DNA of 61,599 bases. Origin: a virus. Under the pieces are notes generated by a model, which was given only the letters and a program-made list of their open reading frames with translations, made no database searches and was not told where the DNA came from. Shown in pieces: positions 45,468-54,745 of the stretch. The translations under genes were made by a program, and so were the position numbers. How positions within the stretch are numbered: position 1 is the first letter of the stretch; each line of letters begins with the position of its first letter. The stretch lies in the UHGV virus genome UHGV-0127988. One strand, written 5' to 3'.

Positions 45468-45791
45468 TCAGTAATCAGCCCGAATTTCTCTCATAACATC
45501 TGCACGCGCTTCGTCAGCGCGTTCCAGCTCTTCATCGTTCAGCGTCAATCCTCTCTTTTCAGCGGCAGCGATGAACGTCTGACGGTCTTTCTGAGGCAGC
45601 AATTCAAGATGGGCGATGGCCATACCTAACAGCCGGGCATCATAAATCTCATAGTACAGGCCACAGCCCTGGTAAGCCTGCTTATGCAGCCGTTCCAGCA
45701 CTACATCGGCGCGGATAACATCGAATGGATTGCGTGATTTGATGTTGGTTATAAAGCCATCAGTACGCAGAGCGGTGCATTCGGTAGTCAT
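45468..45791 (-). CDS. Hypothetical protein (107 aa)
   Basis: GAGGT ribosome-binding site before ATG (MTTECTALRTDGF...). Confidence 0.45.
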   Translation of the reverse strand: MTTECTALRTDGFITNIKSRNPFDVIRADVVLERLHKQAYQGCGLYYEIYDARLLGMAIAHLELLPQKDRQTFIAAAEKRGLTLNDEELERADEARADVMREIRADY

Positions 45792-45958
45792 GGGTGTTAC
45801 CTCGTTGTTATTGGCGCATATTGCGCGGTACAAGGTAATCATAATATGGCGTTAGCGGTAACGCCAGAAAAGTATTGTAAATATGCAATCAAACAGTGCG
45901 ATAAGGCAACAAATAGCTCAACAAGTGTTGCCTATCCACGGGCAATAGCCGTCGCGCA

Positions 45959-46225
45959 TCACGATATCATCCAGGCGATACCGTGACAGATGCCGTCTAT
46001 AGTCTTTCCGAAGCCAGCCCATTTACCAAACATGTACGCGCCCAGCATTTCGAGAGCCAGGCCGATCTCTTCTTCCAGCTGCGCCGAACCGGTCCAGTCA
46101 ACCCATTCGGTTAAGTCTGGACATTCCGTGCGCCATTCAGCGCCCTGCACGCGGAAAACGCCGTTTGCCAGGTCTACCTGCTGCCAGTAAAGCCACCGCC
46201 CATCTATCGGCTTGAGTGTTTGCAT
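45959..46225 (-). CDS. Hypothetical protein (88 aa)
   Basis: AGGGG box before ATG at 46225. The longer ORF-track version would overlap terS. Confidence 0.4.
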   Translation of the reverse strand: MQTLKPIDGRWLYWQQVDLANGVFRVQGAEWRTECPDLTEWVDWTGSAQLEEEIGLALEMLGAYMFGKWAGFGKTIDGICHGIAWMIS

Positions 46226-46300
46226 TTCGTAACCCCTGTTTCTACAATCGCAACAAAGCGATCCGGGAGCGATTCCCGATGCATGCGGATATGTCAACCC
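46219..46300 (+). promoter_or_regulatory. Late promoter candidate (TTGCAT-N18-TACAAT) with a diverged leader motif upstream of terS. Copy 3.
   Basis: TGCATTTC, AATCGCAAC, GCGATCC, GCGATTCCC and CACATTATGA are shared with the capsid-upstream copy. Confidence 0.4.
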
Positions 46301-46313
46301 GCAAGGACACATT

Positions 46314-47096
46314 ATGAACAGGAAACAAACCAAGACGCCTACAGCAAAGGCCACAAAGCTATCAGCACGCGATAAACGCTTTGTGGACGAATATCTAATC
46401 GATTTGTCACCGGAACGGGCTGCACTTGCGGCCGGTTATAGCGCCACCGTTGCCCGAACGAAAGCCTACATGTGGGTCAGCAATGGTAAGGTGAAGCCTC
46501 TGGTCTACGCTGCGATCCTGGCTGGCATGGAGAAGCGCTCAGAGCGCACCAAAATCACCCAGGACATGGTGTTACAGCGGTACTGGATGATAGCCACCGC
46601 TAATCCGAACGAGCTGACACAGCTGCGCCGGACGTGCTGCCGTCACTGCTATGGTGTAGAGCATGAGTTTCAGTGGAAGGATGAGGCGGAGTTTAAGTCG
46701 GCGCTGGCCAGAGAAGCCGCCGCAGCCGCAGAAGAGGGTCGCCCTCCGCGAATTCTGAACGATTTAGGCGGGTATGGCTTTGATAGCTCTCTATCTCCAC
46801 ACGCCAAATGCCCGGAGTGTCACGGCGACGGCCACCTGAGCACCTACTTTCAGGACACCCGCAACCTTTCACCGGCAGCGCTGGCTCTATTCGCAGGCGT
46901 GAAGCAGTCGAAAGAGGGGCTGGAAGTAAAAATGCATGACCAGAAAGCCGCGCTCGATCAGATTGCGAGGCACCTGGGCATGTTCAATGATAAGCTGACA
47001 CTTAAAGGGGATGAGCAGAACCCATTGCAAGTTCTGCTCCAGCAGCTGCCCGGCGCGCTTATCACCCCAGTTAAGCAGGACAAAGAGGATACTTAG
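46314..47096 (+). CDS. Terminase small subunit
   Basis: RFVDEYLIDLSPERAALAAGYSA is typical of the terminase small subunit HTH region. Confidence 0.75.
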   Translation: MNRKQTKTPTAKATKLSARDKRFVDEYLIDLSPERAALAAGYSATVARTKAYMWVSNGKVKPLVYAAILAGMEKRSERTKITQDMVLQRYWMIATANPNELTQLRRTCCRHCYGVEHEFQWKDEAEFKSALAREAAAAAEEGRPPRILNDLGGYGFDSSLSPHAKCPECHGDGHLSTYFQDTRNLSPAALALFAGVKQSKEGLEVKMHDQKAALDQIARHLGMFNDKLTLKGDEQNPLQVLLQQLPGALITPVKQDKEDT

Positions 47097-47311
47097 TGTT
47101 TCGCGAGAGTGGACAGCCTATTCAGCTTTTTGGCGGTTTCAGGCCATTCGGCTTTGATGGACAGCGCCTGCGTGGCAAGTTCGACCACGCGGGAGGTGCC
47201 TTTCTGTTCCCACGTAAGGTAAGTCCGTCTGCTCACTCCCAGCTCTTCAGCTGCCCGTTCCTGCGACCATCCCAGGCCATTGCGCCAGAGTTTCAGTTCA
47301 AATCCGCCCAT
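47093..47311 (-). CDS. XRE-family HTH protein (72 aa) antisense between terS and terL
   Basis: GAGGAT box 8 nt before ATG. LWRNGLGWSQERAAEELGVSRRTYLTWEQ. Confidence 0.5.
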   Translation of the reverse strand: MGGFELKLWRNGLGWSQERAAEELGVSRRTYLTWEQKGTSRVVELATQALSIKAEWPETAKKLNRLSTLAKH

Positions 47312-47409
47312 ATTCGATATCCTCAAAGTGAAAGAAATGCACATGCCTCACCGCATTATAGCGGTTTTCTGTGCAATATCTTCACATCGTTGCTTTTCGA
47401 GGGGGCGCG

Positions 47410-49029
47410 ATGAGTTTGCAGGCAGCTAAACCCGGCTCAGTGCCGCTCGATTTCGTGCCATCGAATGATGACGAGCTGTTCCAGTGCCTCAGTGACCCAT
47501 ACTGGCGGCTGTGCTCCGGGCAGCTATACAAAATCAAGACCAAACCGCGCGATGAGTTCGGGGATGAGGATGAAAGCGAAGTTCGTATTGTGCCATTCAA
47601 GCCTAACCGGGCGCAGCGGAAGCTGCTGAAGAGACTGCACAAGCGCAATATCATCTTAAAGGCGCGCCAGCTGGGCTTCACGACGTTCATCGCCATCCTG
47701 TTTCTCGACTGTGCTTTGTTCGCCCCAGCCAATAACCCGACGACAGCGGCTATCGTCGCGCATAATCAGGACATGGCTGAGGAGATATTCAGGGACAAGG
47801 TGAAGTTCGGCTATGACAACCTGCCGGATGTTCTGCGTGCGGTGATGCCGCTGGTACGCGACCGCGCCGACGCGCTGGAATTCGCCCACAACGGCAGCAA
47901 GGTGAGCGTTGCTACCTCATTCCGTGGCGGTACGCTGACTCACCTGCACATTTCCGAGTTCGGTAAAATCTGCGCCAAGTTCCCTGACCGCGCCAATGAG
48001 GTAGTGACCGGCTCAATCCCTGCGGCTGAAATGGGCATGATTTTCATCGAATCCACCGCTGAAGGCCGGGAAGGTGAGTTCTTCATGATGTGCCAGCGGG
48101 CGCAGAAGATTGCAGCCCTGGGGCGCAGGCTCACGAACAAGGAATTCGCCTTCCACTTCTACCCCTGGTGGGAGGACATGCAGTACCGCATGGATCCGGA
48201 GCTGGTAGATATCTCGAAGACAGAGCACGAATATTTTGACGAGATAGAAGCCAAAATGGACACCATGATCGATATCGAACAGCGGGCATGGTGGGTGAGC
48301 ACGCGTGATAACGTCTATTCCGGCCAGGACGAGAAGATGTGGCAGGAATACCCCAGTTCGCCGGAAGAGGCTTTCCAGAAATCGACAGAGGGCTGCTACT
48401 ACACCAAACAGATGGTCAAGATGCGCAAGGAGAAGCGCATTACCACCGTGCCATATACGCCCGGCTATCCAGTCAACACGTTTTGGGACATTGGCAGCGG
48501 CGACGGAACGGCTATCTGGCTGCACCAGCACATCGGGCAGGAGCATCGTTTCATCGGCTTCATTGAGGGCTGGGACGAACCATACGGCTATTACGTCCGG
48601 GAGCTGGACAAGCTGGGTTACGTTTGGGGCACTGACTACCTGCCTCACGACGGCAACCATGTACGGCAGGGGCAGAATGCCAACCTGACACCGAAAGAAA
48701 TGCTGGAGAAGGAAGGCCGCCGCCGCATCGAGATCGTTGAGCGCGTCTCCGAGCTGCAGCACGGCATCCAGATAACCAGGAACATGCTGGCAACAGCCTG
48801 GATCGACAAGGACGCCTGTAAAGAGGGCATCGCTCATCTGGATAGCTACCGGAAAAAATACAATAACCGGATGCAGACATTCACCGACCAGCCAGAGAAA
48901 GACGACGGGCACAGTGAGGCCGCCGACGCATTACGTCAGTGGGCGCAGGTGTACGGTTCGGACCCGAACGCTGGCCGCCGCCGCACAAAGGCGAAACCGA
49001 GACGAAATACTTCGGGTATGGCTGTGTGA
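47410..49029 (+). CDS. Terminase large subunit
   Basis: GAGGGGG ribosome-binding site. Deviant Walker-A-like LKARQLGFTTF. Size and position fit. Confidence 0.75.
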   Translation: MSLQAAKPGSVPLDFVPSNDDELFQCLSDPYWRLCSGQLYKIKTKPRDEFGDEDESEVRIVPFKPNRAQRKLLKRLHKRNIILKARQLGFTTFIAILFLDCALFAPANNPTTAAIVAHNQDMAEEIFRDKVKFGYDNLPDVLRAVMPLVRDRADALEFAHNGSKVSVATSFRGGTLTHLHISEFGKICAKFPDRANEVVTGSIPAAEMGMIFIESTAEGREGEFFMMCQRAQKIAALGRRLTNKEFAFHFYPWWEDMQYRMDPELVDISKTEHEYFDEIEAKMDTMIDIEQRAWWVSTRDNVYSGQDEKMWQEYPSSPEEAFQKSTEGCYYTKQMVKMRKEKRITTVPYTPGYPVNTFWDIGSGDGTAIWLHQHIGQEHRFIGFIEGWDEPYGYYVRELDKLGYVWGTDYLPHDGNHVRQGQNANLTPKEMLEKEGRRRIEIVERVSELQHGIQITRNMLATAWIDKDACKEGIAHLDSYRKKYNNRMQTFTDQPEKDDGHSEAADALRQWAQVYGSDPNAGRRRTKAKPRRNTSGMAV

Positions 49030-49082
49030 TAAGTGTTGCTATACTGGCAACGCATAAGACATAAACGCAACAGAGGGCAATC

Positions 49083-49514
49083 ATGGCAGAGCACGTTTTA
49101 GACCTGACTCAGTACCATTTCGTGCATACGCGCGGGGATCTGACCATTTACGGTACATGGTACGGGGTCGAGCATCAGCCGTGCCTCGTTGTCGTTCCTA
49201 CTTACCGCATCGGCGCTGACCGCTGCCGCCCGCTCATTATCGATCTCGATGACGCATGGCAGTGGAACCCGGAAGACCCCCAGTCAATGCCGCAACTGAA
49301 CCGCGTCATGTGCATGGCCTTCCTCGATATGAACAACATGGACACCGGCAACGTGTTCGCCGCCATGAAGATAGTGACCCTCATTCACGACCACCTGGGC
49401 GACCTGATCGCTATCCCTCCCAAGCCGACAACCGGCGTCGTCGTCGCAGATGCATTCCGCACCGACCACGACACAGGGAAAACCCATCACTCTGAGGTAA
49501 TCGAACGTGTTTGA
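49083..49514 (+). CDS. Hypothetical protein (143 aa)
   Basis: ORF between terL and the portal gene. Confidence 0.5.
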   Translation: MAEHVLDLTQYHFVHTRGDLTIYGTWYGVEHQPCLVVVPTYRIGADRCRPLIIDLDDAWQWNPEDPQSMPQLNRVMCMAFLDMNNMDTGNVFAAMKIVTLIHDHLGDLIAIPPKPTTGVVVADAFRTDHDTGKTHHSEVIERV

Positions 49515-51849
49515 TAAACCAGATACGGGCTTTGACCTGCGCGACGCCAGACATGTGCCGCTCGATGACTTACCGGACGCAGCATACGCCAGCGAGGAAG
49601 AGCGCGGGAAACCCGACCATGAATTAGACCATCCCGATATGGTCAATCGCTATGCCCGTCTACTGGGAATATTCCAGGATGAGCTGGCCCGCCAGGCAGA
49701 TAACCGCCAGCAGCAGGCAAAAGACGCAGATTTCTACGATGGCATCCAGTGGCGTGAGCAGGATGCCGCAGCGCTGAGAGAACGCGGCCAGGTGCCTCTG
49801 GTATATAACGTCATCGCCACCAGCATCAACTGGATACTCGGTTCTGAGGCGAGAGGGCGGACGGACTGGAAGATTCTGCCGCGTCGCAAAGAGGCGGGGA
49901 AGGCTGCAGAGCGCAAGACCCAGCTCATGAAGTATCTGAGCGACGTCAACCGCACGCCATTCAACCGTAGCCGGGCATTCGCTGACTGCGTGAAGGTCGG
50001 CGTAGGCTGGATGGAGGAAGGCCTGCAGCAGCCTGAAGACGGCGAACCGGTCTATGACCGCTATGAGAGCTGGCGAAACATCCTGTGGGACAGCGCCTGT
50101 ACCGAAGATGACATTTCCGACGCCCGCTATGTGTTCCGCTTTAAGTGGGTGGACCTCGATGTAGCCGAAGCCATGTTCCCCGACCGCGCCGGGCTGCTGC
50201 GCCTGTGCGCCCGCGCCGCCAATGACTGGGAGATCGATGACTACGGCGACGACGCGTCAGACAGCCAGGAACGCCTCAACGAGACATCGCACTACCGCAA
50301 TGCCGTCACCACGTTTAAACGTGAGCGTGTCCGCATTATTGAAGCCTGGCACAAAGTCACCGAAGAAGTGGAGAAAATGCGCGGTGGTGACTTCAACGGC
50401 GAGATCTTCAACCCCGATGACCCGGCACCAGGCCACCAGGCGGATATTGACGCCCAGCGCGCTTACCCTGTCACTGTTCCCCGCGCCATGCGTATGCGCG
50501 TCTCGATATTCTGCGTCGGTGGCATGCTTTGGGATGGTCCAAGCCCATACCGGCACAACTCATTCCCGTTTACGCCAATCTGGTGCTATCGCCGCGACCG
50601 CGACAACCTGCCTTATGGCGTAATCCGCAACCTGCGCGACATGCAGGAGGACATCAATAAGCGTGCCAGTAAGGCGCTGCACATCATTTCCACGAACAAA
50701 ACCATCATGGAAGAGGGTGCAGTAGACGATATCGATGAATACCGGGAAGAGATTGCCCGCCCGGATGCCGTGATCGTCACGAAGCCTAACAAAAAGCTGG
50801 AGATTAACGCTAACCGTGAGTTAGCCCCGGCGCACCTGGAAATGATGAGCCGTTCTATCGGCATGATTCAGCAGATTTCCGGCGTAACCGATGAGAACCT
50901 GGGCCGCCAAACCAACGCGTCGAGCGGCAAGGCGATCACCGCGCGCCAGGAGCAGGGCGGACTGGCTACAACGCTCATCTTCGACAACCTGCGCTTTTCC
51001 GTACAGGTGCATGGTGAGAAGCTGCTTTCAGCAATCGAGCAGTTCTACAGCGAAGAGAAGCAGTTCCGCATCACGAACATGCGCAACAGCCCGGAATACA
51101 TCACCATCAACGATGGGGATCCGGACAACGATATCATCAGGACAAAGGCCGATTTCGTTATCGGTGAGGAAGACTGGCGCAATACCATCCGCAAGGCGCA
51201 GACCGAAGAGCTTTTCGGCCTGCTGCAGCAGCTGGCACCGGTAGCGCCGCAGCTGGCACTGGTCATGATGGATATTCTGGTCGAAGGGATGGATATCGCC
51301 AGCCGTGAAGAGCTGGTTAAGCGTATCCGCCAGGTCACTGGTATGCGCGACCCGGATGCCGAAGAGCCAACACCGGAAGAGATTGCCGCCGAGAAGGCCA
51401 AGCAGGCACAGGCGGAGCTGCAGCAACGGGCACAGCTGGCCGCCATTGCCAAAGACGAGGCAGACGCCGCGCTCAAACAGAGCAATGCGCAGAAAAACGC
51501 CGCGTCAGCTGGCAAAGAACAAGCCCAGGCTCAGCAGATCCTCGCGTCAATGGCCGGTCAGAACGTCAATACCCAAAAAGCTGCACTGGAAGCCGCACTT
51601 ATGGCGCTGTCACAGCCTGCCGCCGTTCCGGTCGCAGACAACATTCTCCACGAATCCAGCTTCCTCTCGCGAACAGAAGGCGAGGAAGAAGCCCGCCAGG
51701 CTGCAGTGATGCAGGCCGAGCAGCAACAGCAAGCCGCTGCCGAGCAGCAGGCTATGCAGGAGCAACAGGCCCAGCAGGAACAGGCCGCCCAGCAGCAACA
51801 GCAGGAACAGCAGCCCGCTGGCCTGCCTCAACCACAACCACAGCAGTGA
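49507..51849 (+). CDS. Portal protein (780 aa) with a Gln/Ala-rich C-terminal extension
   Basis: Position after terL, size, and a FYDGIQW-type motif. C-terminal low-complexity helical region. Confidence 0.7.
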   Translation: MFDKPDTGFDLRDARHVPLDDLPDAAYASEEERGKPDHELDHPDMVNRYARLLGIFQDELARQADNRQQQAKDADFYDGIQWREQDAAALRERGQVPLVYNVIATSINWILGSEARGRTDWKILPRRKEAGKAAERKTQLMKYLSDVNRTPFNRSRAFADCVKVGVGWMEEGLQQPEDGEPVYDRYESWRNILWDSACTEDDISDARYVFRFKWVDLDVAEAMFPDRAGLLRLCARAANDWEIDDYGDDASDSQERLNETSHYRNAVTTFKRERVRIIEAWHKVTEEVEKMRGGDFNGEIFNPDDPAPGHQADIDAQRAYPVTVPRAMRMRVSIFCVGGMLWDGPSPYRHNSFPFTPIWCYRRDRDNLPYGVIRNLRDMQEDINKRASKALHIISTNKTIMEEGAVDDIDEYREEIARPDAVIVTKPNKKLEINANRELAPAHLEMMSRSIGMIQQISGVTDENLGRQTNASSGKAITARQEQGGLATTLIFDNLRFSVQVHGEKLLSAIEQFYSEEKQFRITNMRNSPEYITINDGDPDNDIIRTKADFVIGEEDWRNTIRKAQTEELFGLLQQLAPVAPQLALVMMDILVEGMDIASREELVKRIRQVTGMRDPDAEEPTPEEIAAEKAKQAQAELQQRAQLAAIAKDEADAALKQSNAQKNAASAGKEQAQAQQILASMAGQNVNTQKAALEAALMALSQPAAVPVADNILHESSFLSRTEGEEEARQAAVMQAEQQQQAAAEQQAMQEQQAQQEQAAQQQQQEQQPAGLPQPQPQQ

Positions 51850-51856
51850 GGAACTT

Positions 51857-52795
51857 ATGGCTGATATCGATGAAAGCATTCTGGCTAACCTGACAGAAGA
51901 AGAGCGCGCCGCCCTGGAAGCGCCGGATAGTGATTCCGAGCACCAGGAGGTAGATTTGGATCAGGTTGCCGCCCAGCAGCAACAGCAGCAGGAAGAAGAG
52001 CAGGACACCGATCCGGACAAGAATCCAGATCCGGAGAAAGACGGGAAGCCGGAAGAGCGGCAGCAGGAAGAGCAGCAGCAGGAAGAGCAGCAGGACCAAC
52101 AGGAGCAGCAGAAAGCCCAGCAGCCTGAAGCGCAGGTGCCACAGCCGGTATTTAAGCCGGTGGCAACCGAAGAGCTGAAGGCTAAGTATGACGATATCGA
52201 TAAGCGAGAAGAAGAGCTGATCGAGAAGTTCGAAGAGGGAGAGCTTACCACCCGCGAATATAATGCCCAGCTGCGCGCCCTGAACAAAGAGCGCGGCGAT
52301 CTGGACTGGCTGCAGCGCAAAGACGAGCTGAACCGCGAGAGCGTGGAGCAGATGGTAGTGCGTCAGTGGGCCGATGACGTTAACGCATTCCTTCCAAAAC
52401 ACCCGGAAATCAGCGAAAACGAAGAAAACTGGAACAGCTTTGACGTGGTTCTTCGTCAGGTGACTGCCGTCCGGATGGCGGAGGGTAAGCCATATGGCAC
52501 CCCTGAGCTTGAGCGCGCGTATCGCATTTGGGCCGATGAGCGCGGAATTGCACCTCCGAAACCGGCGAGCGAAAATCCGAAGCAGGAGCAGGCGGCCCAG
52601 CAGCAGCCGAAGCAGCAGCAAAAGGCGCTGGATATTCCCCCGACACTGGCGAAGGTTCCCGCCGCCGCGCCGGAAGATACCGACGATGGCAAGTTCGCAG
52701 CACTCGACCGCCTGGCTGAAAGCGATCCTCAGAAGTACCAGGAGACTATCGCCCGTATGAGCGCCGACGAATACGACGCCTATTCAAGTCGCTAA
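51857..52795 (+). CDS. Scaffolding protein (acidic, Glu/Gln repeat-rich)
   Basis: Between portal and capsid genes. EEQQQ repeats. Confidence 0.6.
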   Translation: MADIDESILANLTEEERAALEAPDSDSEHQEVDLDQVAAQQQQQQEEEQDTDPDKNPDPEKDGKPEERQQEEQQQEEQQDQQEQQKAQQPEAQVPQPVFKPVATEELKAKYDDIDKREEELIEKFEEGELTTREYNAQLRALNKERGDLDWLQRKDELNRESVEQMVVRQWADDVNAFLPKHPEISENEENWNSFDVVLRQVTAVRMAEGKPYGTPELERAYRIWADERGIAPPKPASENPKQEQAAQQQPKQQQKALDIPPTLAKVPAAAPEDTDDGKFAALDRLAESDPQKYQETIARMSADEYDAYSSR

Positions 52796-52805
52796 GGAGA
52801 GCAGC

Positions 52806-53015
52806 GTGGGGGCACTTAAAATCGATTTGCGTGATGGTGACGTTCTCAGAATTGGCGATACCACCGTGCGCATGGTGTACAAAGCTGGCAGGCGGTGCGG
52901 TCTGGTCATCGACGCGCCAGATGAAGTTATTATTCACTGCGATAAGCGCCCCGACGCAAAAGAAGGGCAACAGGAGGTTGACATTCAAAGCAAAAACGCC
53001 ATTGGCATGACATGA
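52806..53015 (+). CDS. Hypothetical protein (69 aa)
   Basis: ORF with a GGAG ribosome-binding site. Confidence 0.4.
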   Translation: MGALKIDLRDGDVLRIGDTTVRMVYKAGRRCGLVIDAPDEVIIHCDKRPDAKEGQQEVDIQSKNAIGMT

Positions 53016-53019
53016 GTGT

Positions 53020-53084
53020 TTGCATTTCAGCAACAGTCATTCGATAATCGAAACGTAATGCTGCGCAAGACGTGCGGCGATCCC
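53020..53084 (+). promoter_or_regulatory. Late promoter candidate (TTGCAT-N17-GATAAT) plus a conserved leader motif upstream of the capsid gene. Copy 2.
   Basis: Near-consensus sigma70 hexamers. Leader 25-mer is identical to 23429-23453. Followed by a CGTGCGG...CCGCACG 7-bp stem. Confidence 0.55.
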
Positions 53085-53113
53085 GACACACCGCACGTTC
53101 TTGAGGGCACATT

Positions 53114-54217
53114 ATGAGCCAAACCACTATCACCTGGGGCAATGATGTCCAGGCGCAGAAAAAATGGTCGGCGCGTCTCTACGCGGAAACGCTGGGGAAG
53201 AGCTACTGGGAAAAATTCATCGGTAAAGGTGATGACGCAGTAATCCAGCGCAAGACCGAACTCGATGCTGACGTGGGCGACCGCATTAGCTTCGATCTCT
53301 CCGTCCAGTTACGCGGCGGCCCGGTTTCCGGCGACCAGCGTCTGGAAGGCAACGAAGAACAGCTGAAGTTCTTCTCCGACGAAATCATCATTGACCAGCT
53401 GCGTAAGTCTGTTTCCTGCGGCGGCAAGATGACCCGCAAGCGTACCGCTCACGATCTGCGTGACGTCGCGAAAAAACGCCTATCCGAATGGTGGGGCCAG
53501 TACATCGATCAGATGTTCTTCATCTACCTGTCGGGCACTCGCGGCATGAACGAGAACTATGAATCGTTCCCGGCCAACTACTCCGGTCACGCAGGAAACC
53601 CGATCCGCACCCCGGACGGCCAGCACCTGCTGTTCGGTGGTTCCGCCACCAGCAAAGCCACCCTGACTGCTGACGACAAAATGACTCGCCTGCTGATTGA
53701 GAAAGCGAGCCATAAGGCAGCGATGATGCGTGCGCTGGACCCGCGTAGCGCCAACCTGCTCCCGATCCCTATCGGCGGCAGCGACCACTACGTGCTGGTG
53801 ATGAACCCGACCCAGGCGTTTGACCTGCGTACCGAAGCCGGTGCGGGCTGGCTGGATATCCAGAAAGCCGCCGCTGCTGCTGAAGGTAAAGCCAACGTCA
53901 TCTTCAAAGGTGGCCTGGGCATGATCGATGACATTGTGCTGCACAAGCACCGCGACGTTATCCGCTTCAGCGACTACGGCGCAGCGTCCAACGTCAAAGC
54001 CTCCCGCGCGCTCTTCCTGGGCCGCCAGGCTGGTGTGGTTGCTTATGGCACCACCAAAGGCCTGAACTTCACCTGGAAAGAGAAGCTGGCTGACTACGAC
54101 AACGAGCCGTCTGTTGCCGCCGGTACCATCATCGGCATCAGCAAGACCCGTTTCAACAAGCGCGATTTCGGCGTGGTGGCAATCGACACCGCAGCGAAAG
54201 ACCCGAACGCAGCATAA
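53114..54217 (+). CDS. Major capsid protein
   Basis: GAGGG ribosome-binding site. 367 aa, immediately after the scaffold gene. Confidence 0.65.
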   Translation: MSQTTITWGNDVQAQKKWSARLYAETLGKSYWEKFIGKGDDAVIQRKTELDADVGDRISFDLSVQLRGGPVSGDQRLEGNEEQLKFFSDEIIIDQLRKSVSCGGKMTRKRTAHDLRDVAKKRLSEWWGQYIDQMFFIYLSGTRGMNENYESFPANYSGHAGNPIRTPDGQHLLFGGSATSKATLTADDKMTRLLIEKASHKAAMMRALDPRSANLLPIPIGGSDHYVLVMNPTQAFDLRTEAGAGWLDIQKAAAAAEGKANVIFKGGLGMIDDIVLHKHRDVIRFSDYGAASNVKASRALFLGRQAGVVAYGTTKGLNFTWKEKLADYDNEPSVAAGTIIGISKTRFNKRDFGVVAIDTAAKDPNAA

Positions 54218-54229
54218 GGGGACCACCAC

Positions 54230-54694
54230 ATGGCACTGTTTCAATCTCCGTGGGCAACCGGCATGCTGTTGCCCGCGCGTCCGCAGACCGCATTTGCGAC
54301 GCACAGCCAGCTGTACATCATGGATATTCCTGCAGCTGGTATCGCTGCGAACGATATTCTGGAGCTGGCGATCCTTCCTCCGTATGCCCGCATCGTTGAT
54401 GCGAAGCTGATCACGGTGGGAAGCCTGGGCGCGGCGACCGTTGATGTTGGCCTTATGTCCGGCCTCACCGGTGAGCCGACCAACGAAGACGGTTCCGCCC
54501 GTACCGTTGGCACCGAGCTGTTCGCAGCTGCTGCGCTGACTGCTGAAGTCACCCAGCTGGCGAAGTCGGCCGCCCTGCTGGTCGAACCGACGCAGAAAGA
54601 CCGCTCCATCGGCGTGAAGTTCTCCGCAGCTGTCACCGCCGGTGCAGGCAAGAAGATCGGTCTGCTGCTCTCCATCGCGCAGTACCAGCAGTAA
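54230..54694 (+). CDS. Head-associated protein (decoration or auxiliary; 154 aa)
   Basis: Immediately after the capsid gene. Confidence 0.45.
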   Translation: MALFQSPWATGMLLPARPQTAFATHSQLYIMDIPAAGIAANDILELAILPPYARIVDAKLITVGSLGAATVDVGLMSGLTGEPTNEDGSARTVGTELFAAAALTAEVTQLAKSAALLVEPTQKDRSIGVKFSAAVTAGAGKKIGLLLSIAQYQQ

Positions 54695-54745
54695 TCACCA
54701 GCAGGGGCGAAAGCCCCTGTCTTTTCATCGTTCCGAGGAATATCC

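Noticed and set aside
51885-52703. Minus-strand ORFs inside the scaffold gene
   Set aside because: Low-complexity repeat DNA (GAG/CAG repeats) yields spurious open frames on both strands.
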